Source of the DNA: Candidatus Parcubacteria bacterium | GTDB taxonomy: Bacteria; Patescibacteriota; Minisyncoccia; Phycocordibacterales; UBA918 | DNA: 64,000 bases | Reading direction: 5' to 3' | Assembly: GCA_046050355.1 (NCBI GenBank) | Contig: JBJOPW010000004.1 | Span: 13,755 to 77,754 of the forward strand | Notes under the pieces: model-generated | What the model was told of the DNA's origin: nothing | Databases searched by the model: none | Seen by the model: only the letters and a program-made list of their open reading frames with translations | Made by a program: the position numbers and the translations under genes | Shown: piece after piece, positions 38,113 through 47,968 of the stretch | How positions within the stretch are numbered: position 1 is the stretch's first letter | Layout of the letters: every line of letters begins with the position of its first letter

Positions 38113-38988
38113 TCAGAGATGAGTAAGTGGGGTATAGATACCCCCTTCGGCGTCAATATGACCTTCAAGTTCCACCTGCATGAGGACAATATTGGCGGCA
38201 GCCGTCGGGAGGTCAAGACGGGTGATAAGGGTGTCTCTGTCTGTTGGTTCCCTGAGGTGAGTAAGGACAAGTATAGCTTCGGGTGAGAGATCACTCTCGG
38301 CCGCAACTTTCGATTCCGTACTGGTTGGTTCGATATTGAGCGCATCGAGAATATCCGCCGCCGAGGTCACCGGTGTCGCGCCGAGTCTAAGGAATTGGTG
38401 ACACCCCCGTGAGGTGGGTGAGAAGATACTACCAGGTACCACGAGGAGTTCGCGATTGTAGTCTACGGCCATGCGAGCGGTGATGAGGGTACCAGACTTT
38501 TCACCTGCTTCAATGAGGAGGGTGGCTCTACATATACCAGCCATGATGCGGTTCCGTTGCGGGAAGGTCCACTGTGCCGCCTGAGTATCAGGGGCAAGCT
38601 CAGAGAGAAGTCCGCCACCAGCATCGATAATCCGCCGGGCCAAGCGACGATTGGTCGCTGGGTAGATAACTCGTTCGCCAAGGCCACTGCCAGGGACCGC
38701 CAGGGTATAGAGTCCGGCCTTGAGAGCTGCCTCATGGGCAAGCGCATCAATGCCAAGTGCGAGGCCAGAAACGATACCAATAGGGTAGCCAGCGAGACCG
38801 CCAATCAATTGCTCCACTGCCTGTTTGCCGTAGGTAGTGTATTGACGAGAGCCAACAACAGCGAGAAGAGCAAGATCGGATGGTGGGAGATTGCCTTCGG
38901 CCCAGAGGGTCTTCGGTGGTTGGGGGATTTCCGCCAAAAGAGCCGGGAACTCGTCCCGTAGTAACTGCCGTAATGGCAAGGTACTCAT
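38113..38988 (-). CDS. dprA: DNA-processing protein DprA
   Basis: AVVGSR, SGLALGID, FPQRNRI, SGTLITA, VPGSI. Confidence 0.95.
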   Translation of the reverse strand: MSTLPLRQLLRDEFPALLAEIPQPPKTLWAEGNLPPSDLALLAVVGSRQYTTYGKQAVEQLIGGLAGYPIGIVSGLALGIDALAHEAALKAGLYTLAVPGSGLGERVIYPATNRRLARRIIDAGGGLLSELAPDTQAAQWTFPQRNRIMAGICRATLLIEAGEKSGTLITARMAVDYNRELLVVPGSIFSPTSRGCHQFLRLGATPVTSAADILDALNIEPTSTESKVAAESDLSPEAILVLTHLREPTDRDTLITRLDLPTAAANIVLMQVELEGHIDAEGGIYTPLTHL

Positions 38989-39095
38989 AGAAAAATTGTA
39001 GCATAGAGCGTAGCTATTTTGACAGCATTTAAAAAATGTGGCAATATAAAGAAAGATGCAACAAGCGCTTACGCGCAAAACACGGAGGCAGTTCT

Positions 39096-39433
39096 ATGCA
39101 GCGTATGCTTTCGGCCGTGATGGCCTTTTTTTTGCTGGTTCCCATGCCGGCCCAGGCTGAAAAGTCGGTTTGGCAAGGTCCGCACCTGAGCTATGGTGTG
39201 CCGATACAAACCGGCAGTCATGACTTCACCCTCAGTCACAAGGACTGGGGTGAGTATGTGGTCTGGACCCTGCCACTTTCTGGGCAAGGCGCGGTCGGCG
39301 AGCTTGGATACCGCTGGCAGCTTGGAAATTCGGCCCTGACGACTGCGCTTACCGCGAGGTGTATCGGGGCGTGGTCGGGGAGCTTGCCACGGGAGAAGTG
39401 TACGTCAACCTCTCAATCGGCTATCAGTTCTGA
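39096..39433 (+). pseudogene. frameshifted or internally deleted outer-membrane beta-barrel-like gene
   Basis: GGAGG RBS, signal peptide ending AQA, GELGYRWQLG strand; another frame ends VYVNLSIGYQF-stop at 39433. Confidence 0.5.
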
Positions 39434-39542
39434 CGTTTGTCCGTACCGCTTGGAGGGCCCTTAAGTATCTTTGGGGCCCTTTTCTTTATCTATTGTGAAA
39501 GTCGTGTATAATTTTTTCACATTATTTAGTTAAGAACGCACC

Positions 39543-40805
39543 ATGCTCGATATCAAATTCATACGTGAGAACCTTGACCTCGTCAAAGCCGCTGCTATCA
39601 AAAAGAAAATCAAAGTCGACCTCGACCGACTGGTCGTTCTTGATGATAGTCGTCGGTCTTTGATGACGAGTATCGAGGGTAAAAAAGCCGAGCAAAACCG
39701 TGTGTCTGACGAAATCGCCAAGGCCAGCGATACGAGCGTGCGTGAACCTCTCATTGCCTCAATGCAGACGGTGAAGGCCGCTATCCAGGCTGAGGAAGAA
39801 GCGTTGAAGCCGGTCCTTGATGAGTGGAAGGCCTTGATGCTCCAGGTGCCAAATATTCCCGATATGACCGTCCCTGATGGAGAGAGTGATGCCGATAATG
39901 TTGAGGTGCGGACCTGGGGCGAACAGACCAAATTCCCATTTGCGGCAAAAGACCATATCGAACTCATGCTCGCGCACAAGATGGTTGATTTTGAGCGGGG
40001 GGCGAAAGTCCACGGCTTCCGTGGGTACTACATGCTTGGCGATGGAGCGCGACTGATGTGGGCGATTTGGAACTATGCGAATGATTTCTTTGGTGCTCGT
40101 GATTTCGTGCAGATGTTGCCACCAACCATTGTCCGCAAGCAAAACCTCTATGGTACCGGACATCTCCCGAACGACGCCGACGACGTCTTCCGGACCCAAG
40201 ATGATGACTACCTGATTGGTACGAGTGAAGTATCGGGCATGGGCTTTTATAGTGACGAAGTACTTGATAAGAGTGAACTACCGGTCAAGTTCCTCGCTTT
40301 CTCACCGTGTTATCGTCGCGAGGCGGGGAGTCACAGTAAAGACGTGAAAGGACTCATTCGTGTGCATGAATTTTATAAAGTAGAGCAGATTGTCCTCTGT
40401 GAAGCCTCACACGAAGAAAGTGTGAAATGGCACGAAGAAATCACGAAGAACACCGAAGACTTTATGCAATCTCTTGGTATCCCGTACCATGTTGTACTCA
40501 ACTGTGGGGCTGATATCGGCCAGGGGCAGGTGAAGAAGTATGATATCGAAGCGTGGGTACCAAAAGAAGGCAAGTACCGCGAGACGCACTCGGCTTCGTA
40601 CTTCCACGACTTCCAGACCCGTCGCTTTAATATCCGCTACAAGGATACTGACGGGATTGTGCGCTACGCTCACTCACTCAATAACACCGCGGTGGCAGCA
40701 CCTCGTATTCTGGTCTCACTCGTCGAGAACCTGCAGCAAGCAGACGGATCAATCAAGATTCCTGATGTGCTGATACCGTACTTCGGCAAGTCCAAAATCG
40801 GGTAG
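39543..40805 (+). CDS. serS: serine--tRNA ligase
   Basis: MLDIKFIREN, GTSE, YRREAGS, GLIRVHEF, HSLNNT. Confidence 0.97.
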   Translation: MLDIKFIRENLDLVKAAAIKKKIKVDLDRLVVLDDSRRSLMTSIEGKKAEQNRVSDEIAKASDTSVREPLIASMQTVKAAIQAEEEALKPVLDEWKALMLQVPNIPDMTVPDGESDADNVEVRTWGEQTKFPFAAKDHIELMLAHKMVDFERGAKVHGFRGYYMLGDGARLMWAIWNYANDFFGARDFVQMLPPTIVRKQNLYGTGHLPNDADDVFRTQDDDYLIGTSEVSGMGFYSDEVLDKSELPVKFLAFSPCYRREAGSHSKDVKGLIRVHEFYKVEQIVLCEASHEESVKWHEEITKNTEDFMQSLGIPYHVVLNCGADIGQGQVKKYDIEAWVPKEGKYRETHSASYFHDFQTRRFNIRYKDTDGIVRYAHSLNNTAVAAPRILVSLVENLQQADGSIKIPDVLIPYFGKSKIG

Positions 40806-40821
40806 AGCTTCTATCAGGTAT

Positions 40822-40902
40822 ATCTCGGGGTTGGACCCCTAGTTAGGGGTCCAACCCCGAGATGCATTGGCAGAAATAAATGTAAGGGGTCAGACCCCTT
40901 AC
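40822..40902. repeat. REP-like palindrome cluster
   Basis: ATCTCGGGGTTGGACCCCTA plus inverted copy (40822-40863), then GTAAGGGGTCAGACCCCTTAC. Confidence 0.8.
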
Positions 40903-40977
40903 TTATAGCTACAAACCGCCTTCAGGAGTATTGCTTCCGGGGCGGTTTGCCCGTTTTTGATATGCTACACTACCACC

Positions 40978-41934
40978 ATGTTTAAGCAGAAGTCTCCGGT
41001 TAAAAAGAAGTTTGCCCAACCACTAAAAGCGAAGAAACCCCGTCGACAATGGGATCCGCGTACCCGTGCGATTTTGCGGCAGATTATCATCGGTCTTGGT
41101 ATCTTGACCATGATTGGACTTCTGGTCACCGCGGTGTGGTACGGTACACGGGTACAGTTTTTGACCATCACCACAGTCACGGTCGGGGGTGGAGAAACTA
41201 TCAATCACGAGACAGTCAAAAAAGCTGTAGAGGAAGTGCTCCTCGGCGACTATGTCGGTCTCGTGCCACGACGCTTTGCGTGGACGTATCCTCACGAGGA
41301 GATACTGAAGCGCGTGGTAGAGATTCCACGACTCAAAGATCCGATACTCAAACGCGTGAGTGGTACCGAACTCCACCTCAATTTCAGTGAATATATTCCC
41401 CACGCACTCTGGTGCAAAGGACGAGGGAGTGATGATTGTTACTTTATTGATAGTACTGGCTACGCTTTCACCAAAGCCCCCAAGCTCGACGGTGGAACGT
41501 TGCCCCGTTTTCATACGATTGGTACAGATGCTACAGAGCGCACAATGATGATTCCGACCGAAGATCTCCGTGCTATCGAGGTGATGCGCGAAGCCTTGCG
41601 TGAAGAACTCGATTTTCCGATTGCTTTTGTAGAAACAGATATGGTGCGTGACGTATTTTTAGGTCTGGCGGGCGGTGGTGAGATTAAGGCGACTTTGCGC
41701 ATGACTCCAGAGGAGACTGTCTCAAATCTCAAGAGTATCCTCGCTTCGAAAGAATTTTCTGATATCAAATCGGGTAGTTTTCAATACATTGACCTTCGTT
41801 TCGGGAACAAAGTATTTATTAACGAAGAAGCACCAGGAAGTAGAGCGACCACTACCGCCACGAGTAGTGACTCCGTCAGTGAAATGACAGAGCCGGCAAA
41901 TGAGGGAAGTGCCGATACCACTGATGATGCCTAA
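40978..41934 (+). CDS. FtsQ/DivIB-like cell division protein
   Basis: Basic N-tail, single TM, POTRA-like region, C-terminal YIDLRFGNKV. Confidence 0.75.
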   Translation: MFKQKSPVKKKFAQPLKAKKPRRQWDPRTRAILRQIIIGLGILTMIGLLVTAVWYGTRVQFLTITTVTVGGGETINHETVKKAVEEVLLGDYVGLVPRRFAWTYPHEEILKRVVEIPRLKDPILKRVSGTELHLNFSEYIPHALWCKGRGSDDCYFIDSTGYAFTKAPKLDGGTLPRFHTIGTDATERTMMIPTEDLRAIEVMREALREELDFPIAFVETDMVRDVFLGLAGGGEIKATLRMTPEETVSNLKSILASKEFSDIKSGSFQYIDLRFGNKVFINEEAPGSRATTTATSSDSVSEMTEPANEGSADTTDDA

Positions 41935-41974
41935 AATGGAACACCCGCCTGTCGGAGGATGTTCCGAGGCGGGT

Positions 41975-42238
41975 TTAGATTGGCCGGACATACAGAGTCA
42001 GATATATTGCCCGACAGACAGCGAGTGCTCGTTCCTGGCTGATGACGCCAATTAGTCCGCTAACTGCAATGATACCGATTGCAAAAGTAGCCAATGAATA
42101 GAATTCCCCCAACCAGAGCAAAGCTTCGGCATTGATGAGGAGGAAGATAATAATAAAGGGCGATTTAATGGCCCAACCTAAGAATAATGTCAGTACAACT
42201 GTCTCAAAGAGACGCGTCGATTCAGTTGTTTGTTGCAT
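41975..42238 (-). CDS. hypothetical membrane protein
   Basis: Hydrophobic 87-aa ORF. Confidence 0.45.
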   Translation of the reverse strand: MQQTTESTRLFETVVLTLFLGWAIKSPFIIIFLLINAEALLWLGEFYSLATFAIGIIAVSGLIGVISQERALAVCRAIYLTLYVRPI

Positions 42239-42283
42239 GTTCCACCTTGAGCTTTTTATACTATCGTGTACAGTACAACAATT

Positions 42284-43375
42284 ATGAATTTCTGGCAACG
42301 GTTCCCAACGCCATTTCTTGCTATCGCCCCGATGGCGGATGTGACCGATGCTGCCTTTCGCCAGATGATAGCGAAGTACTCACGCCATGCCCGCGCGGAT
42401 GGTACAGAAGGTGGTGCCGATATCACCTGGACTGAGTTTGTGGCGGCCGATGGCCTCGTCCGTGCTACCCCGGAGGGTAAGGTAAAACTGATGGCTGACC
42501 TCATTTACAGTGAGGAAGAACGACCGATTATCGCGCAGTTATTTACCCGGCACCCTGAGCACATGGAGTATGCCGCTCGTCTCTGTCTTCAACTTGGGTT
42601 TGACGGGATTGATATCAATATGGGCTGTCCGGCAGGGGCAATCATTGACCAGGGCTGTGGCGCTGCGATGATTAAAACCCCAGATATCGCTCGCGCCGTT
42701 ATCCAGGCAGCGAAGCGGGGAGCAAAGAGCGACGAGGGCGGTATCCCCGTCTCGGTGAAGACCCGTCTCGGGTACAATACCGATCAAGTCGAAGACTGGA
42801 TACCAGTAATCCTTAGTGAAAAGCCTGCGGCACTCACGGTCCATGCTCGTACCCGCAAAGAGATGAGTAAGGTCCCTGCCCGGTGGGAACGTCTCAAGCG
42901 TGTGGTCGAACTCCGCAATGAACTGTCGCCTGAGACCAAAATCATCGGTAATGGTGATGTTCTCTCCGCTGCAGATGGTCGTGCGAAAGCCATCGAATAC
43001 GGCCTTGATGGCGCGATGGTGGGGCGAGCGCTCTTTGGCAATCCGTGGTTCTTCCATCCCACTCGTCGCCTCCCGACTCGTCTCACGGCCTTGCCAACGC
43101 ATGGGGTCAATCGCGATACCATAATGACCACGGATACCAGTGCGGCGGATATCGAATACATCAGTATCGAAGAGCGCCTCCGCGTGCTCGTTGAGCACAC
43201 AAAGCTCTTTGTCGAGCTCTTACCGTTCAAGAACTTCGCCGTCATGAAAAAACACTACAAAGCCTATGTCGGCGGCTGGCATGGTGCCGCTGAACTCCGT
43301 CACCTCCTCATGGAGCAGGACACACCCGAGGCGGTTGCCCGGGTGGTAGATGAGTACCTTGCGTCCCAGAAATAG
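42284..43375 (+). CDS. dus: tRNA-dihydrouridine synthase
   Basis: APMADVTD, DINMGCP, SVKTRLG, HART, GNGD, MVGR. Confidence 0.95.
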   Translation: MNFWQRFPTPFLAIAPMADVTDAAFRQMIAKYSRHARADGTEGGADITWTEFVAADGLVRATPEGKVKLMADLIYSEEERPIIAQLFTRHPEHMEYAARLCLQLGFDGIDINMGCPAGAIIDQGCGAAMIKTPDIARAVIQAAKRGAKSDEGGIPVSVKTRLGYNTDQVEDWIPVILSEKPAALTVHARTRKEMSKVPARWERLKRVVELRNELSPETKIIGNGDVLSAADGRAKAIEYGLDGAMVGRALFGNPWFFHPTRRLPTRLTALPTHGVNRDTIMTTDTSAADIEYISIEERLRVLVEHTKLFVELLPFKNFAVMKKHYKAYVGGWHGAAELRHLLMEQDTPEAVARVVDEYLASQK

Positions 43376-43423
43376 AGGCGTATAGTATTTTGTAGTCAAA
43401 AACACCAACAGTGGGGGTAGTAC

Positions 43424-43984
43424 ATGAGCAGGTTCTTTCCGCCGTCAGAATACGTGCAGGAGATGGTGGGTGTCTTTAACTTGACGCTGACATCCAAACA
43501 GTTGGACGATTACTGCGCCGCTGTGATGATGATTCAGAGTGCAGACAAAAATTCAGTCGATCTCGTTTGCCTTCATAAGACACTATGTGCTCGCGAATCA
43601 ACAGCCGGTCAATACCGTACAGGTACGTTGTTCTCGTTACGTGGTAGCATGATGGTCAAGCGTCCGTACCCGCGTGCAACCGCAGTCAGTCAGCTTCTCT
43701 TCAGTTTCCGCCAGGCATACAAACGAGCCTTGCGTGGAGAAATTCCTGAAGAAGTTGTGAATATCGAGGCGTTGGCGTGGCAAGTCGCAGCCACGGGACG
43801 GTGTATCCATCCGTTTTCTGTCGGGAACACCCGACTTTTCACCTTGATCGAAAACCATATCAGGCAAGCACATGGTCTGCCGTGGCGAATCGATTTCTGT
43901 GAGAAAGAAAAATTCGATGCCTTCCGTCGACTCTACATCATTCGTCATAAGGAGTTCTATGGAGAAATCGCGGGCGCCCCCTAG
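43424..43984 (+). CDS. Fic-domain protein, non-canonical motif
   Basis: LHKTL, AGQYRT, IHPFSVGNTR. Confidence 0.75.
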   Translation: MSRFFPPSEYVQEMVGVFNLTLTSKQLDDYCAAVMMIQSADKNSVDLVCLHKTLCARESTAGQYRTGTLFSLRGSMMVKRPYPRATAVSQLLFSFRQAYKRALRGEIPEEVVNIEALAWQVAATGRCIHPFSVGNTRLFTLIENHIRQAHGLPWRIDFCEKEKFDAFRRLYIIRHKEFYGEIAGAP

Positions 43985-44041
43985 GCGCCCGTTTCTGTGT
44001 ATTGCGAGCGGGGCGACTGAGCTACGTCCTGTACAATAGAT

Positions 44042-44335
44042 ATGATGAACGAAGTACTACACGCTAACATTTTCTTTATCATTGCGAGTGTGGCCACGGT
44101 TGCTTTTGCAATCATGGTCTGTATTGCTCTGTACTATGTGATCAAAATCCTCGCTTCAGTACAAGCGATTGTAGCTCGAGTCGAAGAGGGGAGCGATGTC
44201 ATTGCTGAAGATGTTGCTGCTATGCGCGAATTTGTCAAAGGCGGTGGTCTCGTTTCGTCACTAGTAAGTTTTGTATCAGGAAAGCCGCGCTCGCATAGAC
44301 GAGCGAGACGCGCAAAAGATGCAACAGAGGACTAA
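44042..44335 (+). CDS. hypothetical single-pass membrane protein
   Basis: Hydrophobic N-terminus, basic tail. Confidence 0.7.
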   Translation: MMNEVLHANIFFIIASVATVAFAIMVCIALYYVIKILASVQAIVARVEEGSDVIAEDVAAMREFVKGGGLVSSLVSFVSGKPRSHRRARRAKDATED

Positions 44336-44353
44336 TGGTATAATCTATTTCAT

Positions 44354-44815
44354 ATGGCAGTAAAGAAAAATAATGGTTTGAGTGATAAAGAAAAAATGAG
44401 CATTGGCGTGGGACTAACAGCCGCAGCGGTGGCAGCAGCTGGCGCGTACTTTCTCGCTGGGAGTAAAAAGGCTGCCCAAAATCGCAAGGCGGTAAAAAGT
44501 TGGATGCTTAAAGCTAAAGCCGAAGTGCTTGAAGGACTCGAGAAGGCGCAAGAAATGTCTCAAAAGGAGTACGAAGCGTTGATTGAACAAGTAGGAGCAG
44601 CCTATACGCAAGTCCAAAGTGCCTCAAAGGCCGATCTCTCAGGATTCAAAAAAGAAATGAAAGACCATTGGCAGAAGATTGCCAAAGCAGCCGCACCAAA
44701 GAAGAAGTCAGTTAAGAAAGTAGTAGCGACCAAGGCTGCCGCCGCTGCGACCAAGGCAGCGACGAAGGCGGTCGCTAAGAAGGTAGCGAAGGTCGCCAAA
44801 AAAGCGGCAAAGTAG
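44354..44815 (+). CDS. hypothetical protein with membrane anchor and Ala/Lys-rich tail
   Basis: AAAVAAAGAYFL anchor; histone-like AAKK C-terminus. Confidence 0.75.
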   Translation: MAVKKNNGLSDKEKMSIGVGLTAAAVAAAGAYFLAGSKKAAQNRKAVKSWMLKAKAEVLEGLEKAQEMSQKEYEALIEQVGAAYTQVQSASKADLSGFKKEMKDHWQKIAKAAAPKKKSVKKVVATKAAAAATKAATKAVAKKVAKVAKKAAK

Positions 44816-44898
44816 GGGACTACGAGTCAAAACACAAAACACCACTTGGGGTCTACCGACCGTTGGTGGTGTTTTGATTTGGTACTATAGAGAGAGTC

Positions 44899-45801
44899 AT
44901 GCAGAAAGCCGTTTTTGTACACATTTTTGTTTGGTGTCTGTTTGTGACCATAATTATGGGTTTTTTGGTCTGGTCTGTTGGTTCGGTGACGGCCACCAAT
45001 CGTGAGATTTCTGCAATTTACCAGTATGTAATCACTCCGACAGCACCAGTGCCGGGTGTTGCTGGCTACATTGTCCTCGATGAAGAAACAGGTGAGGTAT
45101 TGCTCTCTCTGGCACCTGATGTAGCGCGGCCAACTGCTTCGGTGGTAAAGCTTGTCGTAGCGGCCGCGGCGCTACGGTCTGGGCTCCTTGAGGCTACTAC
45201 CACCATCACCAGCAGTGATGTAGCTGCTCCCGAAGATTTTGGCAAACTTACGGTGGGGGAGGTGTACACCCTCCGTGAACTCCTCTTTCCGTATCTGATG
45301 GAATCTTCCAATGATGCCGGAGCGGTGATTGAGCGCACCTGGGGTGAGGAGCTTTCACCAATCATCGCCGAGGTACTTGCAGCGGCTGGTGTGAGTCACT
45401 CGATCACGGCAGCTGACTTTAATGGACTCCGTCACGAAACTACTGCCACGCCGGCAGCGCTTGCCCGCCTGACCAAGTCACTTGTCAAGATCACACCAAC
45501 CGTTTTTGATATCACAACACTTCCACAGTATCTTGGTCACCAGCCACTCGTGAATAATAGTCCGTTTATTGGAGCTAGTGACTATGAGGGTGGTAAACAC
45601 GGTTATACACCTGAGGCGGGGAAGACCGCCGTGGTTCGTTTCCGCACCACTTATCCTGATGGCGAGCGAACTCTCATCGCTGTTCTGCTTGGGGCCGAGG
45701 ATAGTAAGATCGCACTTGAAGCAATGAAGACAGTGCTCCGTGAGTCGGTTGCCCGCATTCCCCAGAGTACTGAAGATTCTGTTATAATACCTGCGACTTA
45801 A
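44899..45801 (+). CDS. D-alanyl-D-alanine carboxypeptidase (peptidase S11)
   Basis: SVVK, SSN, KHGYT motifs. Confidence 0.85.
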   Translation: MQKAVFVHIFVWCLFVTIIMGFLVWSVGSVTATNREISAIYQYVITPTAPVPGVAGYIVLDEETGEVLLSLAPDVARPTASVVKLVVAAAALRSGLLEATTTITSSDVAAPEDFGKLTVGEVYTLRELLFPYLMESSNDAGAVIERTWGEELSPIIAEVLAAAGVSHSITAADFNGLRHETTATPAALARLTKSLVKITPTVFDITTLPQYLGHQPLVNNSPFIGASDYEGGKHGYTPEAGKTAVVRFRTTYPDGERTLIAVLLGAEDSKIALEAMKTVLRESVARIPQSTEDSVIIPAT

Positions 45802-45811
45802 TATAAGAATT

Positions 45812-46849
45812 ATGACCGAATCGACCGCTCTCTATCGTAAATACCGTCCAGACACCTTTGCGGCTGTCCGTGACCAGGATCACATCGTCTCGGTCCTTGA
45901 AGGTGCCATCAAAAAGGGCAGTATCCCACACGCACTCCTTTTTTCAGGTTCGCGAGGGACCGGAAAAACGACCATGGCGCGTATTTTTGCCCACGCGATT
46001 GGCGCCAAGGATATTGATATCTACGAAATGGACGCTGCGAGTAATCGTGGCATTGATGATATTCGCGCACTCCGCGATGCGGTGCATACGGCACCCTACG
46101 AGTCACCGTTTAAGGTCTACATCATCGACGAGGTGCACATGCTCACAAAGGAGGCTTTTAATGCGCTTTTAAAGACCCTCGAGGAACCACCAGCGCATGT
46201 CGTCTTTATCCTTGCCACTACCGAAGAGGAGAAGCTTCTCGATACGATTTTGTCTCGCTGCCAGGTGTTTCGCTTCCGCTCACCATCACGTGCGGTCTTG
46301 GTCGCTACCGTGACTGATGTCGCCAAGCAAGAAGGCTTCACCCTTGAGCCAGCCGCGGCTGACCTCATCGCGATTGCCGCCGATGGATCATTTCGTGATG
46401 CGCTTTCAATTACCCAGAAGGTTCTCTTGGCCTCAGGGGATAAAGTTGGGACGGCGGACGAGGTCGCCATCATCATTGGTGCCCCAAAGGTGACCCTCAT
46501 GGTCAATCTGCTCGGAGCCCTCAATAAAAAAGATACGCCGGTCGCCCTCGCTGCTGTACGCGAAGCAACTCAGCTCCATCTCGAGATGAAACTCTTTTTG
46601 CGACTGCTGCTTGAATCCGTACGCGCCGTAATGGTCATTCGTAATGACAAATCAGCCACCGAAACCATCCTCGGAAGTTTCAGTGGGGAACTGGCGACCG
46701 CACTGGCCGGCTTTAGTGCCGAAGCCAACTCGACCCTCAACTCGCATCTCCTTCTGAAGCTCCTCCGTGCCGCTGATGATGGTGCCCGCTCACCACTCCC
46801 ATACCTGCCCCTTGAAGTAGCGATTGTGGAGCACTGCGGTGGGCAGTAA
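45812..46849 (+). CDS. dnaX: DNA polymerase III subunit gamma/tau
   Basis: LYRKYRP, GSRGTGKT, DAASN, DEVHML, ILSRC. Confidence 0.96.
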   Translation: MTESTALYRKYRPDTFAAVRDQDHIVSVLEGAIKKGSIPHALLFSGSRGTGKTTMARIFAHAIGAKDIDIYEMDAASNRGIDDIRALRDAVHTAPYESPFKVYIIDEVHMLTKEAFNALLKTLEEPPAHVVFILATTEEEKLLDTILSRCQVFRFRSPSRAVLVATVTDVAKQEGFTLEPAAADLIAIAADGSFRDALSITQKVLLASGDKVGTADEVAIIIGAPKVTLMVNLLGALNKKDTPVALAAVREATQLHLEMKLFLRLLLESVRAVMVIRNDKSATETILGSFSGELATALAGFSAEANSTLNSHLLLKLLRAADDGARSPLPYLPLEVAIVEHCGGQ

Positions 46850-46856
46850 ATATTGT

Positions 46857-47459
46857 ATGGATATCTATTTTGTACGGCACGGCCAAACAGATGGGAATGT
46901 CGCTCGGCGTCACCAGCATCCGGATATTGAGCTCAATGAAATGGGGAAGCTCCAGGTCGCCCGCTTAGCGAAACTGATCAAAGGACTAAAGCCGACTCAT
47001 CTGATTACTAGCACAAATAAACGAGCAATGTTGACCGCTGTCGCTATTGGTCGCGAGTGTGATTTGATTCCCGAAACTTATCCGAACTTTGAAGAAATGC
47101 GGCGACCTAATTTTTTGATTGGGAAGCGCTTCCTCGAATGGACAGCTCTCAAATACGTTTGGGGTTGGCTCTTTGGACTAAAAACTGCGTCGATGCACGA
47201 TGGTGAGTCGTATGACGATTTTCTTGCTCGTATCCTGGCGGCCAAAGCGCAGTTAGCAGCGTTGCCAAAACAGAGCAAAGTGGTAGTGGTTTCACATACG
47301 GTCTTCATCAATTTCTTTTTGGAGCACATGCGTCGTCCAGAAAAAATGGGTATCATTCGGGCCACCCTTCGCTTTTTTGCCATTTTACGCCTCAAAAATA
47401 CCGCAGTGACCAAAGTGACGGTGAAAGACGGTAGTTGGCGTATCGCTGACCGCTTTTAG
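46857..47459 (+). CDS. histidine phosphatase family protein
   Basis: RHGQT, GES, VVSH. Confidence 0.9.
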   Translation: MDIYFVRHGQTDGNVARRHQHPDIELNEMGKLQVARLAKLIKGLKPTHLITSTNKRAMLTAVAIGRECDLIPETYPNFEEMRRPNFLIGKRFLEWTALKYVWGWLFGLKTASMHDGESYDDFLARILAAKAQLAALPKQSKVVVVSHTVFINFFLEHMRRPEKMGIIRATLRFFAILRLKNTAVTKVTVKDGSWRIADRF

Positions 47460-47622
47460 TTGGGGTAGACAAGAGAGCTTCACTTTTTTGTCTTTTTCTG
47501 GCACTATATGGCCTGCTGTGGCGTGTGTGTCCCCCACTCTCGCTGCAGCAGACGCAAGGAGGGCTTCATTCGCCCTCCTCGCCCTCCTTGCGTCACCCAA
47601 GGGTCAATCGACCCTTACTTTT

Positions 47623-47693
47623 TGCCCGATCGTCTAATGGTAGGACTCTGGTTTCTGGCACCAGCTATCGAGGTTCGAATCCTTGTCGGGCAG
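47623..47693 (+). tRNA. tRNA-Gln(CTG)
   Basis: TGCCCGA/TCGGGCA acceptor, CTGGT-TTCTGGC-ACCAG anticodon arm, GTTCGAATC; no encoded CCA. Confidence 0.92.
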
Positions 47694-47868
47694 CACGAGA
47701 GAATTAAGCGCTTTATAGCGCTTTTTCTCGTGCTGCCCGAAGGAGTGATTCAATATCACTCCGTCAAGGATTCGAAGCCTGATTGAGCATAATTTGTGAC
47801 TGAAAGGAAACAAATTATCCAATCAGGATACTGCTCCTGTAAGGAGAGAAATTCCTTGTCGGGCAGCA
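47694..47868 (+). repeat. structured echo of the tRNA-Gln 3' end
   Basis: Antisense TGCTGCCCGA and CAAGGATTCGAA, ATAATTT/AAATTATCC hairpin, direct copy TCCTTGTCGGGCAGCA. Confidence 0.8.
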
Positions 47869-47968
47869 TAGAGATATAAACACTCATCATCACACGGTCA
47901 CATAATTCGGTGCCATACTTAGTGTGTACAATCATAGAGTCGTTCTTTATTTCAATAGTTCATTTTTT

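Noticed and set aside
47496-47616. GC-rich hairpins upstream of tRNA-Gln as an ncRNA
   Set aside because: No recognisable family motif; cannot be supported without a covariance search
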